The notes beneath the pieces are model-generated. The model was not told where the DNA came from. It made no database searches and saw nothing but the letters and a program-made list of their open reading frames with translations. A DNA stretch of 64,000 nucleotides from Bdellovibrionota bacterium (GTDB lineage: Bacteria; Bdellovibrionota_C; UBA2361; JAAYZI01), in assembly GCA_050950765.1 (NCBI GenBank), contig JBMNIF010000002.1, positions 694,157-758,156 of the forward strand, read 5' to 3'. This document shows, in pieces, positions 28,953-40,215 of this stretch; the first letter of the stretch is position 1; each line of letters begins with the position of its first letter. The position numbers and the translations under genes were made by a program.

Positions 28953-30849
28953 GCTTATTCGTAAGCATATGAAGTCTGTTGCTTTTACTACTATTTCATT
29001 AGTGATCGCTTTTTCTATGACGGGGTTCGGTGTTGGTCTTTATAGGGGTGCCAACCGTGATTATGTTGCTCGTATTGATGGTCATGACATCTCCAGAGAA
29101 GACCTGCGGAAGTTGAGAAATGATCTGGAAGAGCGGTATCGCGCAGCTTGGGGTAACTATTACGATCAGTTAGCTGAATTAACCAAGTTAGATCTTGAAA
29201 AAGAGGCACGAGAAAATATTGTGCCGATCTATCTTGTAAATCGAGCTGCTACTGATATGGGGCTAGCCATCGGAAGGTACGGTCTAAACAAAAAAATCAA
29301 TGAGATGTTCGGTGGAAAACTTAATAGTGAACTTTATAGGAGCTTCTTACAGCAAAGACGACAGACCGCACCGATGTTTGAGGCAGAGGTGCGACAGAAG
29401 GCAGTTTCAGAGCAGTTGCGTGATATCATTGCAGAGCTCAGTTTTGCTTCAAAGGCGGAAGCGTTGGCGTTACTTGCGCAGGAAGAAACAACTTTTCAAG
29501 TTAAATATCTTGAATTTGATCCAGAAGCTTTTGTCTCAAAGGTGACTGAACCTTCAGAGGAAGAGCTTAAGGAGTATTATGATAATAATGCCGCCGAATA
29601 TGAGAAAGAGGAGCAAAGCGCTTATAAATTTATACCTTTTGAACCTAACAAGATGCTCGATCTTGTTGAAATTGCACCTGAAGATGTTGAGATGTATTAC
29701 ACTGATAATGAAGGTGAATTTACCATTCAAGATAGCGCTAAGATTCACCTGATAAAGTTGGAATCTTCTAAGGATGATGATCCTGAAAAAGCTGCTGCCA
29801 ATAAAGATGAAACAAGGCTGAAAGCAGAAAAAATTTATGGTGCTGCAACAGGTGGAGAAGATTTTGCGAAGTTAGTTAAGTTATACTCCACTGATGAAGC
29901 GACTAAAGAAAAAGGCGGAGAGGTTGGTTTAGTTACGCAAGGCGATCAAAGTTTGCCGAAGCAGTTAATGAAAGTAATATTTAATTTTGCTGCTGATGGT
30001 ATCGCAGATGTGGTTGAAGTTGGAGATGCTTTTTATATTGTAAAAATTTCAGAGTTTAAAAAAGGTGGTTTAACGCCTTTAGAAGAGGTTCAAGAGCAGA
30101 TCGTTACATTCTTAAAGAAAAGGGAAGCTCCAGCTTGGATTAATGAACACGCTTATGCTCTCTTTGATGCTTGGAGAGCGAGTAAAAAAACATTAGAAGA
30201 GTTTGCTACTGAAAAATCTTTAGTTGTAAAAGATAGTGGTGGATTGTTAATTAAAGATAAAGATCCTGAAGGAGCATTTTCGGGGCTAACAGCAGCAGTG
30301 CTAAAACTAAAAGATCAAGAGAAAGTTGCTGTGGTTGAAGTTGGTAACAACCTTGCTTTAGTTGAGGTCTCTGAGTTTAAAGATGCCTACATTCAAGATT
30401 ATGCTGAGGTGGCGGAGGTTGTTAAAGGTGGTGTTATAAAACAGAAGAGCATTAAACTTGCAGAGGAAGCGGCAAAGGGGGTTATCTCCTCTTTTGCTGA
30501 AGAAAAGGTTACTGATTTAGCACAAGCAGCTACTCCGTATGGGGTAAAGGTTAAAGAGGAAAAAGATTTAAAGCGGGGATCTTTAAAAGCTCCGTTTACA
30601 GATACTGCTATGCAGGAAGCTCTTTTAAACACCTATCAAGCGCTTAAAGCACCGCAGACCTTTTATGTAGCTTCTGGGAAGTATTATATTTTTCAAGTAA
30701 GCGCAATTCAGAAGCCTGATCTATCTACTGTAACTCCTGAAAAACTTGCAGAGTATCGTGAGAAAGCTACCGAGAGAAACGGTGAAGAGGTGATGAATGT
30801 TATGGTAAAAAAATTGAAACTCTCTTCTGAAATAGATGAGAGGATGTAG
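28945..30849 (+). CDS. Periplasmic chaperone / peptidyl-prolyl isomerase, PpiD-like
   Basis: N-terminal membrane anchor (VAFTTISLVIAFSMTGFGVGLY), SurA-like N-domain, and a parvulin-like segment (...GGEDFAKLVKLYSTDEATKEKGGEVGLV...). Architecture is colinear with E. coli PpiD as remembered. Start chosen at an internal Met; track start is 28924. Confidence 0.65.
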   Translation: MIKLIRKHMKSVAFTTISLVIAFSMTGFGVGLYRGANRDYVARIDGHDISREDLRKLRNDLEERYRAAWGNYYDQLAELTKLDLEKEARENIVPIYLVNRAATDMGLAIGRYGLNKKINEMFGGKLNSELYRSFLQQRRQTAPMFEAEVRQKAVSEQLRDIIAELSFASKAEALALLAQEETTFQVKYLEFDPEAFVSKVTEPSEEELKEYYDNNAAEYEKEEQSAYKFIPFEPNKMLDLVEIAPEDVEMYYTDNEGEFTIQDSAKIHLIKLESSKDDDPEKAAANKDETRLKAEKIYGAATGGEDFAKLVKLYSTDEATKEKGGEVGLVTQGDQSLPKQLMKVIFNFAADGIADVVEVGDAFYIVKISEFKKGGLTPLEEVQEQIVTFLKKREAPAWINEHAYALFDAWRASKKTLEEFATEKSLVVKDSGGLLIKDKDPEGAFSGLTAAVLKLKDQEKVAVVEVGNNLALVEVSEFKDAYIQDYAEVAEVVKGGVIKQKSIKLAEEAAKGVISSFAEEKVTDLAQAATPYGVKVKEEKDLKRGSLKAPFTDTAMQEALLNTYQALKAPQTFYVASGKYYIFQVSAIQKPDLSTVTPEKLAEYREKATERNGEEVMNVMVKKLKLSSEIDERM

Positions 30850-30875
30850 TCTATTTACCCTTTTAAAATAAGGAA

Positions 30876-32537
30876 ATGATGAGAAGCGATCGTATTACAA
30901 AGGGAGTTGAAGCAGCTCCGCACAGAAGTCTTTTAAGAGCTGTTGGATTAAAAGATGAAGATTTTGGGAAGCCACTAATAGGGGTTTGTAATTCCTTTAA
31001 TCAAGTGATTCCAGGTCATGTGCACCTTAATAAAGTTGGAGAGTATATACGTTCGTGCATCATTAAAGCAGGTGGTGTGCCGTTTGAGTTTAACACAATC
31101 GGGATCTGTGATGGTGTGGCGATGGGGCATATCGGTATGAAATATTCCCTGCCCAGTCGAGAGATTATAGCTGATAGTGTTGAGGCCGTAGTGGAAGCAC
31201 ACTGTTTTGATGGTTTAATCTGTATTCCCAACTGTGACAAGATCGTGCCAGGTATGTTGATGGGAGCTTTGAGGGTTAATATCCCGACCATCTTTGTCAG
31301 TGGTGGTCCGATGGAAGCTGGTAAAAAACGTGATGGGAGCGCCGCAGATCTGATCACGATGTTTGAAGGGGTGGCAGCTTGTACGAGAGGTCAGATCTCG
31401 GAAGCTGAATTAGAAGAGTTGGAAAAATGTGCCTGTCCAGGAGCGGGATCGTGTTCAGGTCTTTTTACTGCTAACTCCATGAACAGTTTGTGTGAAGCGA
31501 TCGGGATTGCACTTCCAGGAAACGGCACTGTGCTTGCTACGACATCTCAGAGAAGGAAACTGTATAGACAAGCGGCGCAGATTATCGTGAAGATGGCACA
31601 AGAGGGCGCTCCGTTACCGAAAGATCTTGTAACGCAAGATTCTTTGGATAACGCTTTTGTGCTTGATATGGCGATGGGAGGAAGTAGTAATACGGTTTTG
31701 CATGCTCTTGCTATCGCTAGAGAAGCAGGGGTTGAGTATGATATCGACAGGATTGATGCTATCTCAAAAAAGACCCCAAATATCGCAAAAATCTCCCCTT
31801 CTTCTAAGTTTCATATGCAAGATGTAGAGGCAGCAGGTGGTATCAGTGCTATCTTAAAAGAGGTCGGAAAACTTCTACATAAAGATTGTATTACCGTTAC
31901 TGGCAAGACGCTTTGGGAGAATGTAAGGCGTGCTAAAAATAAAAATCAGGAAGTGATTCGTCCTTTAAGTAATCCGTATTCTCCTGACGGTGGATTAACT
32001 ATCTTACGTGGTAACTTGGCTGAAGAGGGGGCTTGCGTAAAGAAAGCCGGAGTTTCCGAAGTTATGTTAAAGTTTGAAGGGAAGGCGATTATCTTCAATT
32101 CTCAAGAAGAGGCGTGCGAAGGGATCTTAAAAGGACGTGTACAGGCAGGTCACGTTGTGGTCATCCGTTATGAAGGTCCAAAAGGTGGGCCAGGTATGCA
32201 AGAGATGTTGGCTCCAACCTCTTATATTATGGGGCAGGGGCTGGGAGATAGTGTGGCGTTAATTACAGATGGACGTTTTTCAGGTGGCACGCACGGTGCC
32301 TGTATCGGACACGTTTCACCAGAAGCTGCAGAAGGCGGTTTGATTGGATTGTTGCAAGACGGTGATGTGATTAGGATCGATATTCCTAACAGACGGCTTG
32401 AAGCGGTATTAAGCCCTGAAGAGATTGCGGCACGTAGATCTGCTGCAAAACCGTTTACCCCTAAAATTCTTTCCGGATATCTAAAGAGGTATTCTGAAAG
32501 TGTACAGAACGCTTCAGCTGGTGCTGTTCTTAAATGA
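30876..32537 (+). CDS. ilvD: Dihydroxy-acid dehydratase
   Basis: IlvD/EDD motifs ...[14 protein letters not shown]..., ...CDGVAMGH..., ...[14 protein letters not shown]..., ...[20 protein letters not shown]...; 553 aa. Confidence 0.95.
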   Translation: MMRSDRITKGVEAAPHRSLLRAVGLKDEDFGKPLIGVCNSFNQVIPGHVHLNKVGEYIRSCIIKAGGVPFEFNTIGICDGVAMGHIGMKYSLPSREIIADSVEAVVEAHCFDGLICIPNCDKIVPGMLMGALRVNIPTIFVSGGPMEAGKKRDGSAADLITMFEGVAACTRGQISEAELEELEKCACPGAGSCSGLFTANSMNSLCEAIGIALPGNGTVLATTSQRRKLYRQAAQIIVKMAQEGAPLPKDLVTQDSLDNAFVLDMAMGGSSNTVLHALAIAREAGVEYDIDRIDAISKKTPNIAKISPSSKFHMQDVEAAGGISAILKEVGKLLHKDCITVTGKTLWENVRRAKNKNQEVIRPLSNPYSPDGGLTILRGNLAEEGACVKKAGVSEVMLKFEGKAIIFNSQEEACEGILKGRVQAGHVVVIRYEGPKGGPGMQEMLAPTSYIMGQGLGDSVALITDGRFSGGTHGACIGHVSPEAAEGGLIGLLQDGDVIRIDIPNRRLEAVLSPEEIAARRSAAKPFTPKILSGYLKRYSESVQNASAGAVLK

Positions 32538-33082
32538 TGTATCTCGTAACAATCTTTGGAATTGCATTTGCACTAGCTTGTGATGCTTTTTCTGTCGGAT
32601 TAGCTATCGGTACAAAATCACCGACGGCGCGGGGTATTTTTAGGTTGTGGTTTCACTTCGGATTATTTCAATTTTTAATGCCGTTATTAGGTTGGTATCT
32701 CGGGAGTGCGCTAGCTGATACTATCGGAGCGGCGGGGCAGTGGGTAGCAAGCGTGCTACTCTTTTTTATCGCTTTTAAAATGTGGTGTGAAAGTAGAGAG
32801 TGTTGTGATGCTACGGAAGAGAGAGATCAGACACGGGGTTTATCTTTACTTATTCTCTCTTTTGCTACCAGTATTGATGCTTTAGGTGTCGGTGTCGGGA
32901 TGGGTATTGCTGGAGAAAGTATCTTGTATCCGGCTTTTATTATCGGTGTAGTTGCTGCTGTAATGACTTACGCTGGGGTGCGTTTAGGGTATAAATTATC
33001 AACTGTTTTCGGAAAGCGGGTGGAGGTGTTGGGTGCTACGGTGTTGTTTATAATTGCACTTAAGCTACTACCTATTTGGTAA
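32534..33082 (+). CDS. mntP: Manganese efflux pump MntP family protein
   Basis: 182-aa membrane protein with duplicated halves each bearing a conserved acidic membrane motif (...[13 protein letters not shown]... and ...[12 protein letters not shown]...). Confidence 0.75.
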   Translation: MMYLVTIFGIAFALACDAFSVGLAIGTKSPTARGIFRLWFHFGLFQFLMPLLGWYLGSALADTIGAAGQWVASVLLFFIAFKMWCESRECCDATEERDQTRGLSLLILSFATSIDALGVGVGMGIAGESILYPAFIIGVVAAVMTYAGVRLGYKLSTVFGKRVEVLGATVLFIIALKLLPIW

Positions 33083-33145
33083 GAAATAAGGGCTTTTCCC
33101 CTGAAATAGAAAATACACAAAATTTGTTACACCCTCTAATTAAAG

Positions 33146-36100
33146 TCAATCTCTTATCAACCTTCGTAGTAGAGCTTCAATCTGTATATAGAGCATATCA
33201 AAAGGAGGAGGTGCTTGTTCTTCTCCTACTATTGAGAGGGTTAAGTTTTTACCGAACTTGTAAGTTTTCGGTGCATTTTTTTCTAAGAGTAACAGTTTTT
33301 GAATATCAACTTTAGCATTTGGACTAAACGAGAGGTATAGTTTGCCTCTACTCCATTCCGCTTTTGTTACGCCGAACACCCTTAATAAACTACGTAGTCG
33401 CATCATCTCAACGAGATTGCGTACTTCAGGTGTCAGGGGACCGAAGCGATCTTCCAACTCTAAAGTTAATTCCTGTGCCTCTTCCGATGATCTGATAGAT
33501 GCTAAACGTTGATACAACACTAACCTTTCAGAGATGTCTGGCACGTAATATTCAGGGATAAAGGCGTTTACAGGTAGTTTAACTTCAGGATCAATTAAAC
33601 TCTCCAACTCCAACTCTTCTCCTTTGATATGACTGATAGCTTCGTGCAAGATCTTTGTATAAAGCTCATACCCGACCGAGACAACGTTTCCAGATTGCTC
33701 TTTCCCTAGTAAATTACCAGCACCACGAATTTCAAGATCTCGAACTGCTAGATTGAAGCCGAGACCTAAGTCATCCAGAGATTGTAAAACTTTTAATCGT
33801 TGCTGTGCTTCTGCACCGAGACGCTTTGTATTAGGGATTAGAAAATATGCGTAAGCCTGTTTTGTGCTACGTCCGACTCTGCCCCGTAATTGATAGAGTT
33901 GTGCTAAGCCGAACATATCGGCTCTATCTATGATTATGGTATTAGCATTAGGGATATCTAAGCCAGATTCAATAATGGTGGTACTGACTAAAACATCTAT
34001 CTCATGATTGACAAAGCGTCGCATAATATTTTCAATCTGAATTTCCGACATCTGACCATGTGCGCATTCAACCCGCATTTCAGGCACGAGCTCACTTAAA
34101 GCGGCGCTAACTCCTAAGATACTCTGTACCCGATTGTGTACAAAGAAAGCCTGTCCTCCACGTTGATGTTCTCTAATAAGGGCATCTCTAATAAGGATTT
34201 CGTTCCGTGTGGCGATATAAGTTTTTATCACTCTACGATCTACGGGAGGTGTGGTGATAACAGTGATATCCCTGATATTTAAAAGAGACATCTGTAAAGT
34301 TCGTGGAATCGGTGTGGCTGTTAAGGTTAAAACATCGACCTGTTTTTTTAACTGCTTCAGTCGCTCTTTCTGTTGCACTCCGAAGCGGTGCTCTTCATCA
34401 ATAATAAGTAGACCCAGATCTTTAAAGGCAATATCTCTCTGTAAGAGCTTATGTGTGCCGATAACGATATCGATCTTGTGGTTAGCTAAGCCTTCGATAG
34501 TTTTTTTATTATCTGCTGTTGAGTAGAAGCGGCTAAGTGCTGCAACCGTAACGGGATAGTCTGCAAAGCGACGTATAAAACTCTGCTTATGTTGCTCGAC
34601 CAGTACCGTTGTTGGAACGAGGATACAAACTTGAAGTCCTGCTTGAATACATTTAAAAGCAGCGCGTAGGGCGACCTCTGTTTTACCAAAACCGACATCT
34701 CCGCAAATTAACCTATCCATCGGCTTTTCTGAAGCCATATCATTTAAAACGGCTTTGATAGCTTGTAATTGGTCAGGTGTTTCATCGAACTCAAAATAGT
34801 CGGCAAAGACCTCGTCGTCTGGACCGTGCGGTTCAAAACAGAATCCTTTAGAGATGCTGCGTGCAGCATAAAGACGGATTAAATCTCCTGCTAAAGCGAG
34901 AACGGCTTCTCTGACTTTTAATTTTGTTTTCGCCCAACGTTGAGAGCTTAGTTTATCAAGCTTGGGAGATTGCCCTTCAATTCCAACATATTTTTGAACT
35001 CTTGAGATGTTTTGAATCGGTATGTAGAGCTTACTATCGGCATATTCAAGGTGTAAAAAATCACCTTGAATATTTTCAACTGTTAAATGTACTAAACCGT
35101 GATAGAGACCGACTCCATAATCTTCATGTACTACAAAGTCATTATCTTTCAGTTGTGCTAGAGAGTTTAGTAGCCGCTTTATAGTACGTTCACTGGCTAT
35201 CTTCCTTGTGCGTTGAGAGCGTCGTGAAAAGATCTCATTTTCAGAGATAAAGACAAGTTTTTTATCAGGCAGCTGGAAACCATTTGATAAGTTGCCTATT
35301 AGTACTGCTAGCGGATAACGATCTTTTAAACGAAACCAGTTTTTGAGAGAGCCGTTAAAAAATTTTAGTTCGCTGCCAAGATCCAGTAATAGTTTTTGTA
35401 GCCGTTCTACACGAGTTTCAGAACCGACCACGAATATGATCTTATTACCGTGTTTTCTCCATGTTTTTAGTGCAGTTGAGAGAGGTTTCCAAGCCTCTTC
35501 TTGTCCTACTTTTGCTTGTAGCTGTGTAGATAATTGTGTGTTGGGAATGGAGCGGATATTGATATAATCTCTCTCTTCTGTAAGAGAGGTTGCAATATGA
35601 AGAGAGTCTATTTCTAGCTGCTTTTTAGTCGAGAGTATAGCGAAGAGCTCTTCTTCTAACAGGTATTGCTCACTCTGTTTTGGGATTAGGTAGTGATCTT
35701 CTGCTAAACGGGTGTGCCGTTCCGATATTAAAGTAGAAGCTGCTTCAAGCTCTGAGAGAAGTACCTGCTTGTCTATGTTAACGAAGAGAGTATCTTTAGC
35801 GGCATAATCGAAGATGGTTGCTAACGAGCCAAGCGCAGATATGTTTGCCAGTTCGATACTGGGGAATCTGCTACCATCACGTAAAGCGCTAAGCACTTTG
35901 GCAGTTTCTCGAAGAGGAGTTTCTAGCTCTCTACTCCGTTGTTTTATGTTTGTGATAGCAGATGAAAGTTTTTCTCCAAAGTAATCATTAGAATGAAAAG
36001 GGATAATTTCGCGTAACGGTAAAACTTGTAAGGTTTTTATCTGTGTTATTGAACGCTGCGTTGCTACGGAAAATAACTTAATCTTTTCAATAGTGTCTCC

Positions 36101-36610
36101 AAAAAACTCCAAGCGAACTGCCGTATCACTTCCGAAAGGAAAAAGATCAATTACTCCGCCACGCACGGCGCAATCTCCGATCTTTTCCACTAAAGAGACG
36201 CGTTGATATCCGGCGTTATCAATTTTAGTGAGTAATTCTTGACGTGCAATGGTATCGCCGAGAGAGAGTTGAAAGCTCAACTGCTTTAAAAACTCTTTCG
36301 GTAAGACACGTTGTAGAGCTCCTTCAGGTGGCACCACGCAGATATAACTTTTTTCAGTCATTAAGGTGTGTAGTGTATGTAAGCGTTGTGCAGTGACCTC
36401 GATCTGCGGAGAAACGTTTTCAAAAGGGAGGGTGTCCCACGGCGGTAGTTGTACGATCGGAGAGTCTGGGATAAAAAAATGGAGATCCTGAAAAAGCTCT
36501 TCTGCTGCTTTCCGTTTAGCAGAGAATATTATAATTTTTCGGTGTTTTTCATGAAGTTGCGAGATTAGCCAAGCTCCTGCTGCACCGTATACTCCGATAT
36601 ATCGTTTCAT
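33146..36610 (-). CDS. mfd: Transcription-repair coupling factor
   Basis: 1154 aa; superfamily-2 helicase motifs ...LICGDVGFGKTEVA... (Walker A) and ...LLIIDEEHRFG... (DExH); domain order is typical of Mfd. Confidence 0.95.
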   Translation of the reverse strand: MKRYIGVYGAAGAWLISQLHEKHRKIIIFSAKRKAAEELFQDLHFFIPDSPIVQLPPWDTLPFENVSPQIEVTAQRLHTLHTLMTEKSYICVVPPEGALQRVLPKEFLKQLSFQLSLGDTIARQELLTKIDNAGYQRVSLVEKIGDCAVRGGVIDLFPFGSDTAVRLEFFGDTIEKIKLFSVATQRSITQIKTLQVLPLREIIPFHSNDYFGEKLSSAITNIKQRSRELETPLRETAKVLSALRDGSRFPSIELANISALGSLATIFDYAAKDTLFVNIDKQVLLSELEAASTLISERHTRLAEDHYLIPKQSEQYLLEEELFAILSTKKQLEIDSLHIATSLTEERDYINIRSIPNTQLSTQLQAKVGQEEAWKPLSTALKTWRKHGNKIIFVVGSETRVERLQKLLLDLGSELKFFNGSLKNWFRLKDRYPLAVLIGNLSNGFQLPDKKLVFISENEIFSRRSQRTRKIASERTIKRLLNSLAQLKDNDFVVHEDYGVGLYHGLVHLTVENIQGDFLHLEYADSKLYIPIQNISRVQKYVGIEGQSPKLDKLSSQRWAKTKLKVREAVLALAGDLIRLYAARSISKGFCFEPHGPDDEVFADYFEFDETPDQLQAIKAVLNDMASEKPMDRLICGDVGFGKTEVALRAAFKCIQAGLQVCILVPTTVLVEQHKQSFIRRFADYPVTVAALSRFYSTADNKKTIEGLANHKIDIVIGTHKLLQRDIAFKDLGLLIIDEEHRFGVQQKERLKQLKKQVDVLTLTATPIPRTLQMSLLNIRDITVITTPPVDRRVIKTYIATRNEILIRDALIREHQRGGQAFFVHNRVQSILGVSAALSELVPEMRVECAHGQMSEIQIENIMRRFVNHEIDVLVSTTIIESGLDIPNANTIIIDRADMFGLAQLYQLRGRVGRSTKQAYAYFLIPNTKRLGAEAQQRLKVLQSLDDLGLGFNLAVRDLEIRGAGNLLGKEQSGNVVSVGYELYTKILHEAISHIKGEELELESLIDPEVKLPVNAFIPEYYVPDISERLVLYQRLASIRSSEEAQELTLELEDRFGPLTPEVRNLVEMMRLRSLLRVFGVTKAEWSRGKLYLSFSPNAKVDIQKLLLLEKNAPKTYKFGKNLTLSIVGEEQAPPPFDMLYIQIEALLRRLIRD

Positions 36611-36888
36611 TATAGTTGTAGTCTTTAAGATTAAATCTTTAGTTAGTTATTTTAAGTAAAATAGAGCGATTTTTAAAGCGCCTCCTTTTTAATACCTTAG
36701 GGCGGGTAATGAAACAGTAAAATATAATTCAATAAATTAAAAAAGTTAGTCGAATTTAAAAGCACTCTTTATATATTTTAAGCTTTTGTCGATAGAAGTT
36801 AGAGGGAGCTTTTCTTACTTAATGATGAAAGGGGTCTGAACGTTATAAGGCTTTTAAGGGGTAGTACTATTTTAAAGGGAAGTGGGGC

Positions 36889-37950
36889 ATGGATATTACG
36901 CAACTTTTAAAATTTGCTTATCAACAAGATGCATCAGATCTGCACATCAGTGCGGGAGAGTCTCCTATGGTGCGTCTTAACGGTGATATGAAAAAATTGA
37001 AAGTTCCCGAGCTTACTCCAGAAGTGACACACGCCATGATTTACGACATTCTTGGTGATTCGCAAAGAAAAACTTTTGAAGAGTTTAATGATGTTGATTT
37101 CGCCATGCAGATCGGAGATATCGCACGTTTTCGTGTTAATGTTTTTAGGCAACAACGTGGTGTAGCAGCGGTATTTAGAAGGATTCCGACTAAAATTTTA
37201 ACATTGCAGGAACTTGGTATGCCGGAGATCCTTTCTGAAATTACGAGACGCGAGAAAGGCTTAATCTTAGTAACAGGTCCAACAGGGAGTGGTAAATCTA
37301 CAACTTTGGCAGCTATGCTCGATCAGGTGAATAATGAGAGAGAAGGGCATATTTTAACGGTAGAAGACCCGATTGAGTTCGTTCATCATTCAAAGAAGTG
37401 TCTTGTAAATCAACGTGAAGTTGGTGCTCATGCCAACGGTTTTGCGCGAGCTTTGCGCGCAGCATTGCGTGAAGACCCTGATTATATCCTCGTTGGAGAG
37501 TTAAGAGACTTGGAAACGATTCAGTTGGCGTTAACTGCAGCTGAAACAGGACACTTGGTTTTTGGTACGTTACACACTTCGAGTGCTCCGAAAACAGTTG
37601 ATCGTGTTATTGATGTTTTTCCGCCGGAGCAACAAGCACAAGTTAGGGCGATGTTTGCAGAATCAATTCAAGGTGTAATTACACAAACTTTGTGTAAAAA
37701 AATTGGAGGCGGGCGTGTGGCGGCTTTAGAGATATTACTTGGTACAACAGCTATTAGAAACTTGATCAGAGAGGCAAAGATTCATCAGATCCCTAGTATG
37801 ATGCAAACCTCACAAGGGATCGGGATGCAGACTTTGGAGATGCACCTTCTAGATCTGGTAAGTGAGGGAATTATCAGTAAGGAAACTGCTATTGAAAAGA
37901 CAGGTAATGCGCAGATGTTTAAAGAGTTTGAAGATAACGGGATGTTGTAA
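36889..37950 (+). CDS. pilT: Type IV pilus retraction ATPase PilT
   Basis: 353 aa; Walker A GPTGSGKSTT, ...VGELRDLETI..., and the PilT-specific ...GTTAIRNLIREAKIHQIPSMMQT... motif. Confidence 0.9.
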   Translation: MDITQLLKFAYQQDASDLHISAGESPMVRLNGDMKKLKVPELTPEVTHAMIYDILGDSQRKTFEEFNDVDFAMQIGDIARFRVNVFRQQRGVAAVFRRIPTKILTLQELGMPEILSEITRREKGLILVTGPTGSGKSTTLAAMLDQVNNEREGHILTVEDPIEFVHHSKKCLVNQREVGAHANGFARALRAALREDPDYILVGELRDLETIQLALTAAETGHLVFGTLHTSSAPKTVDRVIDVFPPEQQAQVRAMFAESIQGVITQTLCKKIGGGRVAALEILLGTTAIRNLIREAKIHQIPSMMQTSQGIGMQTLEMHLLDLVSEGIISKETAIEKTGNAQMFKEFEDNGML

Positions 37951-38026
37951 AAGTAAATTTGTTAAAAATATAAGATAGGAAAATTATTTTTAATTCAAGA
38001 CGCCGTTTTTTGTAGGAGTTGATCTT

Positions 38027-39190
38027 ATGTTGGATGCAACAAAGTTATTAAGTGTAATGGTTGAGCACGATGCTTCGGATCTCTATCTGACCGTTGATAG
38101 TGCGCCGATGTATCGGATCAATGGGGTGGTGCGTCCCGCAGGTAGTCAGAAGCTTACTGCGTTGGATACAGAAGCGATCGCTAATAGTATTATGAACGAT
38201 AAACAACAGGCGCAGTTTGAAGGGGAAAATGAACAGAATCTCGCACTATATTATTCAACACTTGGACGTTTTAGGGTGAATATCTTTAAGCAGCGTGGGG
38301 TGGTTGGTATAGTTTTTAGGCAGATTAGATCAAACATCCTTTCAATTGATGACTTGGCGTTACCGCAAGTTTTAAAAGATGTGGCGTTAAGTAAACGTGG
38401 CTTAGTTTTGGTAGTTGGAGCAACGGGAAGTGGTAAATCAACGACATTAGCTGCAATTATCGATTATAGGAATGCCAATACCTCAGGGCATATCGTAACG
38501 ATTGAAGATCCGATTGAGTTTGTGCATGAACATAAAAAATGTATCGTTACGCAACGTGAGATCGGGATGGACACCGAAAGTTATTCCGTAGCTTTAAAGA
38601 ATGCCTTACGGCAAGCACCAGATGTGATTCTGATAGGTGAGATTCGAGATCTGGAAACTATGGAAGCAGCGATCGCCTTTGCGGAGACGGGGCACCTCTG
38701 TTTAGCGACGTTGCACAGTAATAACGCTAATCAGGCTATGGAGAGGATTATGAATTTCTTTCCGGCAGAACGGCATAAACAGATCTATTTACAATTAAGT
38801 TTAAACTTACGTGGTATCGTCAGCCAGAGACTCATTCCGACGGTAAATGAAGGACGTGTGGCAGCAGTAGAGATCTTACTGGATAGCCCCCGCGTAAAAG
38901 ATCTAATTCACAAAGAGAAGATTGATGAGATTAAAGATGCTATGGAAAAATCAACTAATCTCGGGATGCAGACCTTTGATCAACACCTTTTTGAATTATA
39001 TAGTGCAGGGCAGATTACACACGAGGCAGCTCTTAGAAATGCAGATTCTGCTAACAACTTACGTTTAAAAATCAAACTTGCTGAAAAGGGTGGCTTCGAA
39101 AAAGAGGAGCCGCAAGCATTTAACACCTCTGAAAAGATGACCACTCCTCTTAGTGACGATGAGGAAGAGCCGTTACAGATAGAATTTTAA
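38027..39190 (+). CDS. pilU: PilT-family ATPase, PilU-like
   Basis: 387 aa paralog directly after pilT; Walker A GATGSGKSTT, ...IGEIRDLETM...; extended acidic C-terminus. Confidence 0.8.
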   Translation: MLDATKLLSVMVEHDASDLYLTVDSAPMYRINGVVRPAGSQKLTALDTEAIANSIMNDKQQAQFEGENEQNLALYYSTLGRFRVNIFKQRGVVGIVFRQIRSNILSIDDLALPQVLKDVALSKRGLVLVVGATGSGKSTTLAAIIDYRNANTSGHIVTIEDPIEFVHEHKKCIVTQREIGMDTESYSVALKNALRQAPDVILIGEIRDLETMEAAIAFAETGHLCLATLHSNNANQAMERIMNFFPAERHKQIYLQLSLNLRGIVSQRLIPTVNEGRVAAVEILLDSPRVKDLIHKEKIDEIKDAMEKSTNLGMQTFDQHLFELYSAGQITHEAALRNADSANNLRLKIKLAEKGGFEKEEPQAFNTSEKMTTPLSDDEEEPLQIEF

Positions 39191-39408
39191 TGTAGAAAGG
39201 CGAGCCGGATCTTATAACCAACAAAAGCTATACTCTTAGAGTGAGTGGTTCGCCAGAAGATGGCGGAGGTGAAAAAACCTTTTCAAGATATATTTAACGC
39301 CTCTTAAAATATCTCAATGTAATTAAAATCTAGTGTAAATAAATTCAGTATGTTAAAGGAAGGTATCCTTTTCTTTTTTGTTTTGAATCTGTTTTTTATT
39401 GAGCAAAG

Positions 39409-40215
39409 ATGAACGGTGTTGAACACGCTACTGCCGGTATTTTAATATTGATGGTTCTGTTTGTTGCACCCCTTCTGGTTTATATCAGAAAAGCGCGACA
39501 AGGAAAAAAGTTCTATGTGCGCAGGGTGGCAGGCATTGATGCTGTTGATGAGGCTGTGGGGCGTGCCGCAGAATTGGGCAGACCCATCTCTTTTTGTTCC
39601 GGTATAACTACAGTTAGCCCCGTGCTTTATGCCTGTTTAGGTGTGCTATTTCATATCGGGCGTAAGGCAGCACAATATAAGTCAAAGTTACTCCTTCCGC
39701 AGATATATCCTGATGTAATGGCTATCGCTGAAGATACCGTTAGAGATGCTTATCGTGAAGAAGGTAGGTTAAGCATCTTTGATCCGTCAAATATACAATT
39801 CCTTTCGGATGAACAGTTTGCTTTTGCCGCTGGTTATAGCGGTATCGTACAGAGAGAAAAAGTTGCAGCAGCTTTTTTGTTTGGAGAGTTTGCTGCTGAA
39901 TCTCTTGTCTTAGCGGAAGCGGGGCAGGCTGTTGGTGCTATGCAGGTAGCAGCTAGTGTCAGCCCTGAACAGGTGCCGTTTTTTATCTGTACCTGTGACT
40001 ATACCTTGATAGGTGAAGAGCTTTATGCAGCATCTGCTTATTTAACACGTGAGCCGGTGCAGGTCGGTAGTCTACTTGGGCAAGATAAAGCCAAGTTGCT
40101 CTTTTTTATTTTAATTATTATCGGTGTTGTGTTGGCAACACTCTCTTCTATCTATCCGCACCTTCAGATTAAAAATATTGATCACTATATCTTGTTAAAT
40201 TGGGGTGAGTTGTAA
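39409..40215 (+). CDS. Hypothetical membrane protein (operon gene 1 of 6)
   Basis: 268 aa; hydrophobic helices at both termini around a soluble middle domain; no recognisable motif. 218 bp downstream of pilU. Confidence 0.5.
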   Translation: MNGVEHATAGILILMVLFVAPLLVYIRKARQGKKFYVRRVAGIDAVDEAVGRAAELGRPISFCSGITTVSPVLYACLGVLFHIGRKAAQYKSKLLLPQIYPDVMAIAEDTVRDAYREEGRLSIFDPSNIQFLSDEQFAFAAGYSGIVQREKVAAAFLFGEFAAESLVLAEAGQAVGAMQVAASVSPEQVPFFICTCDYTLIGEELYAASAYLTREPVQVGSLLGQDKAKLLFFILIIIGVVLATLSSIYPHLQIKNIDHYILLNWGEL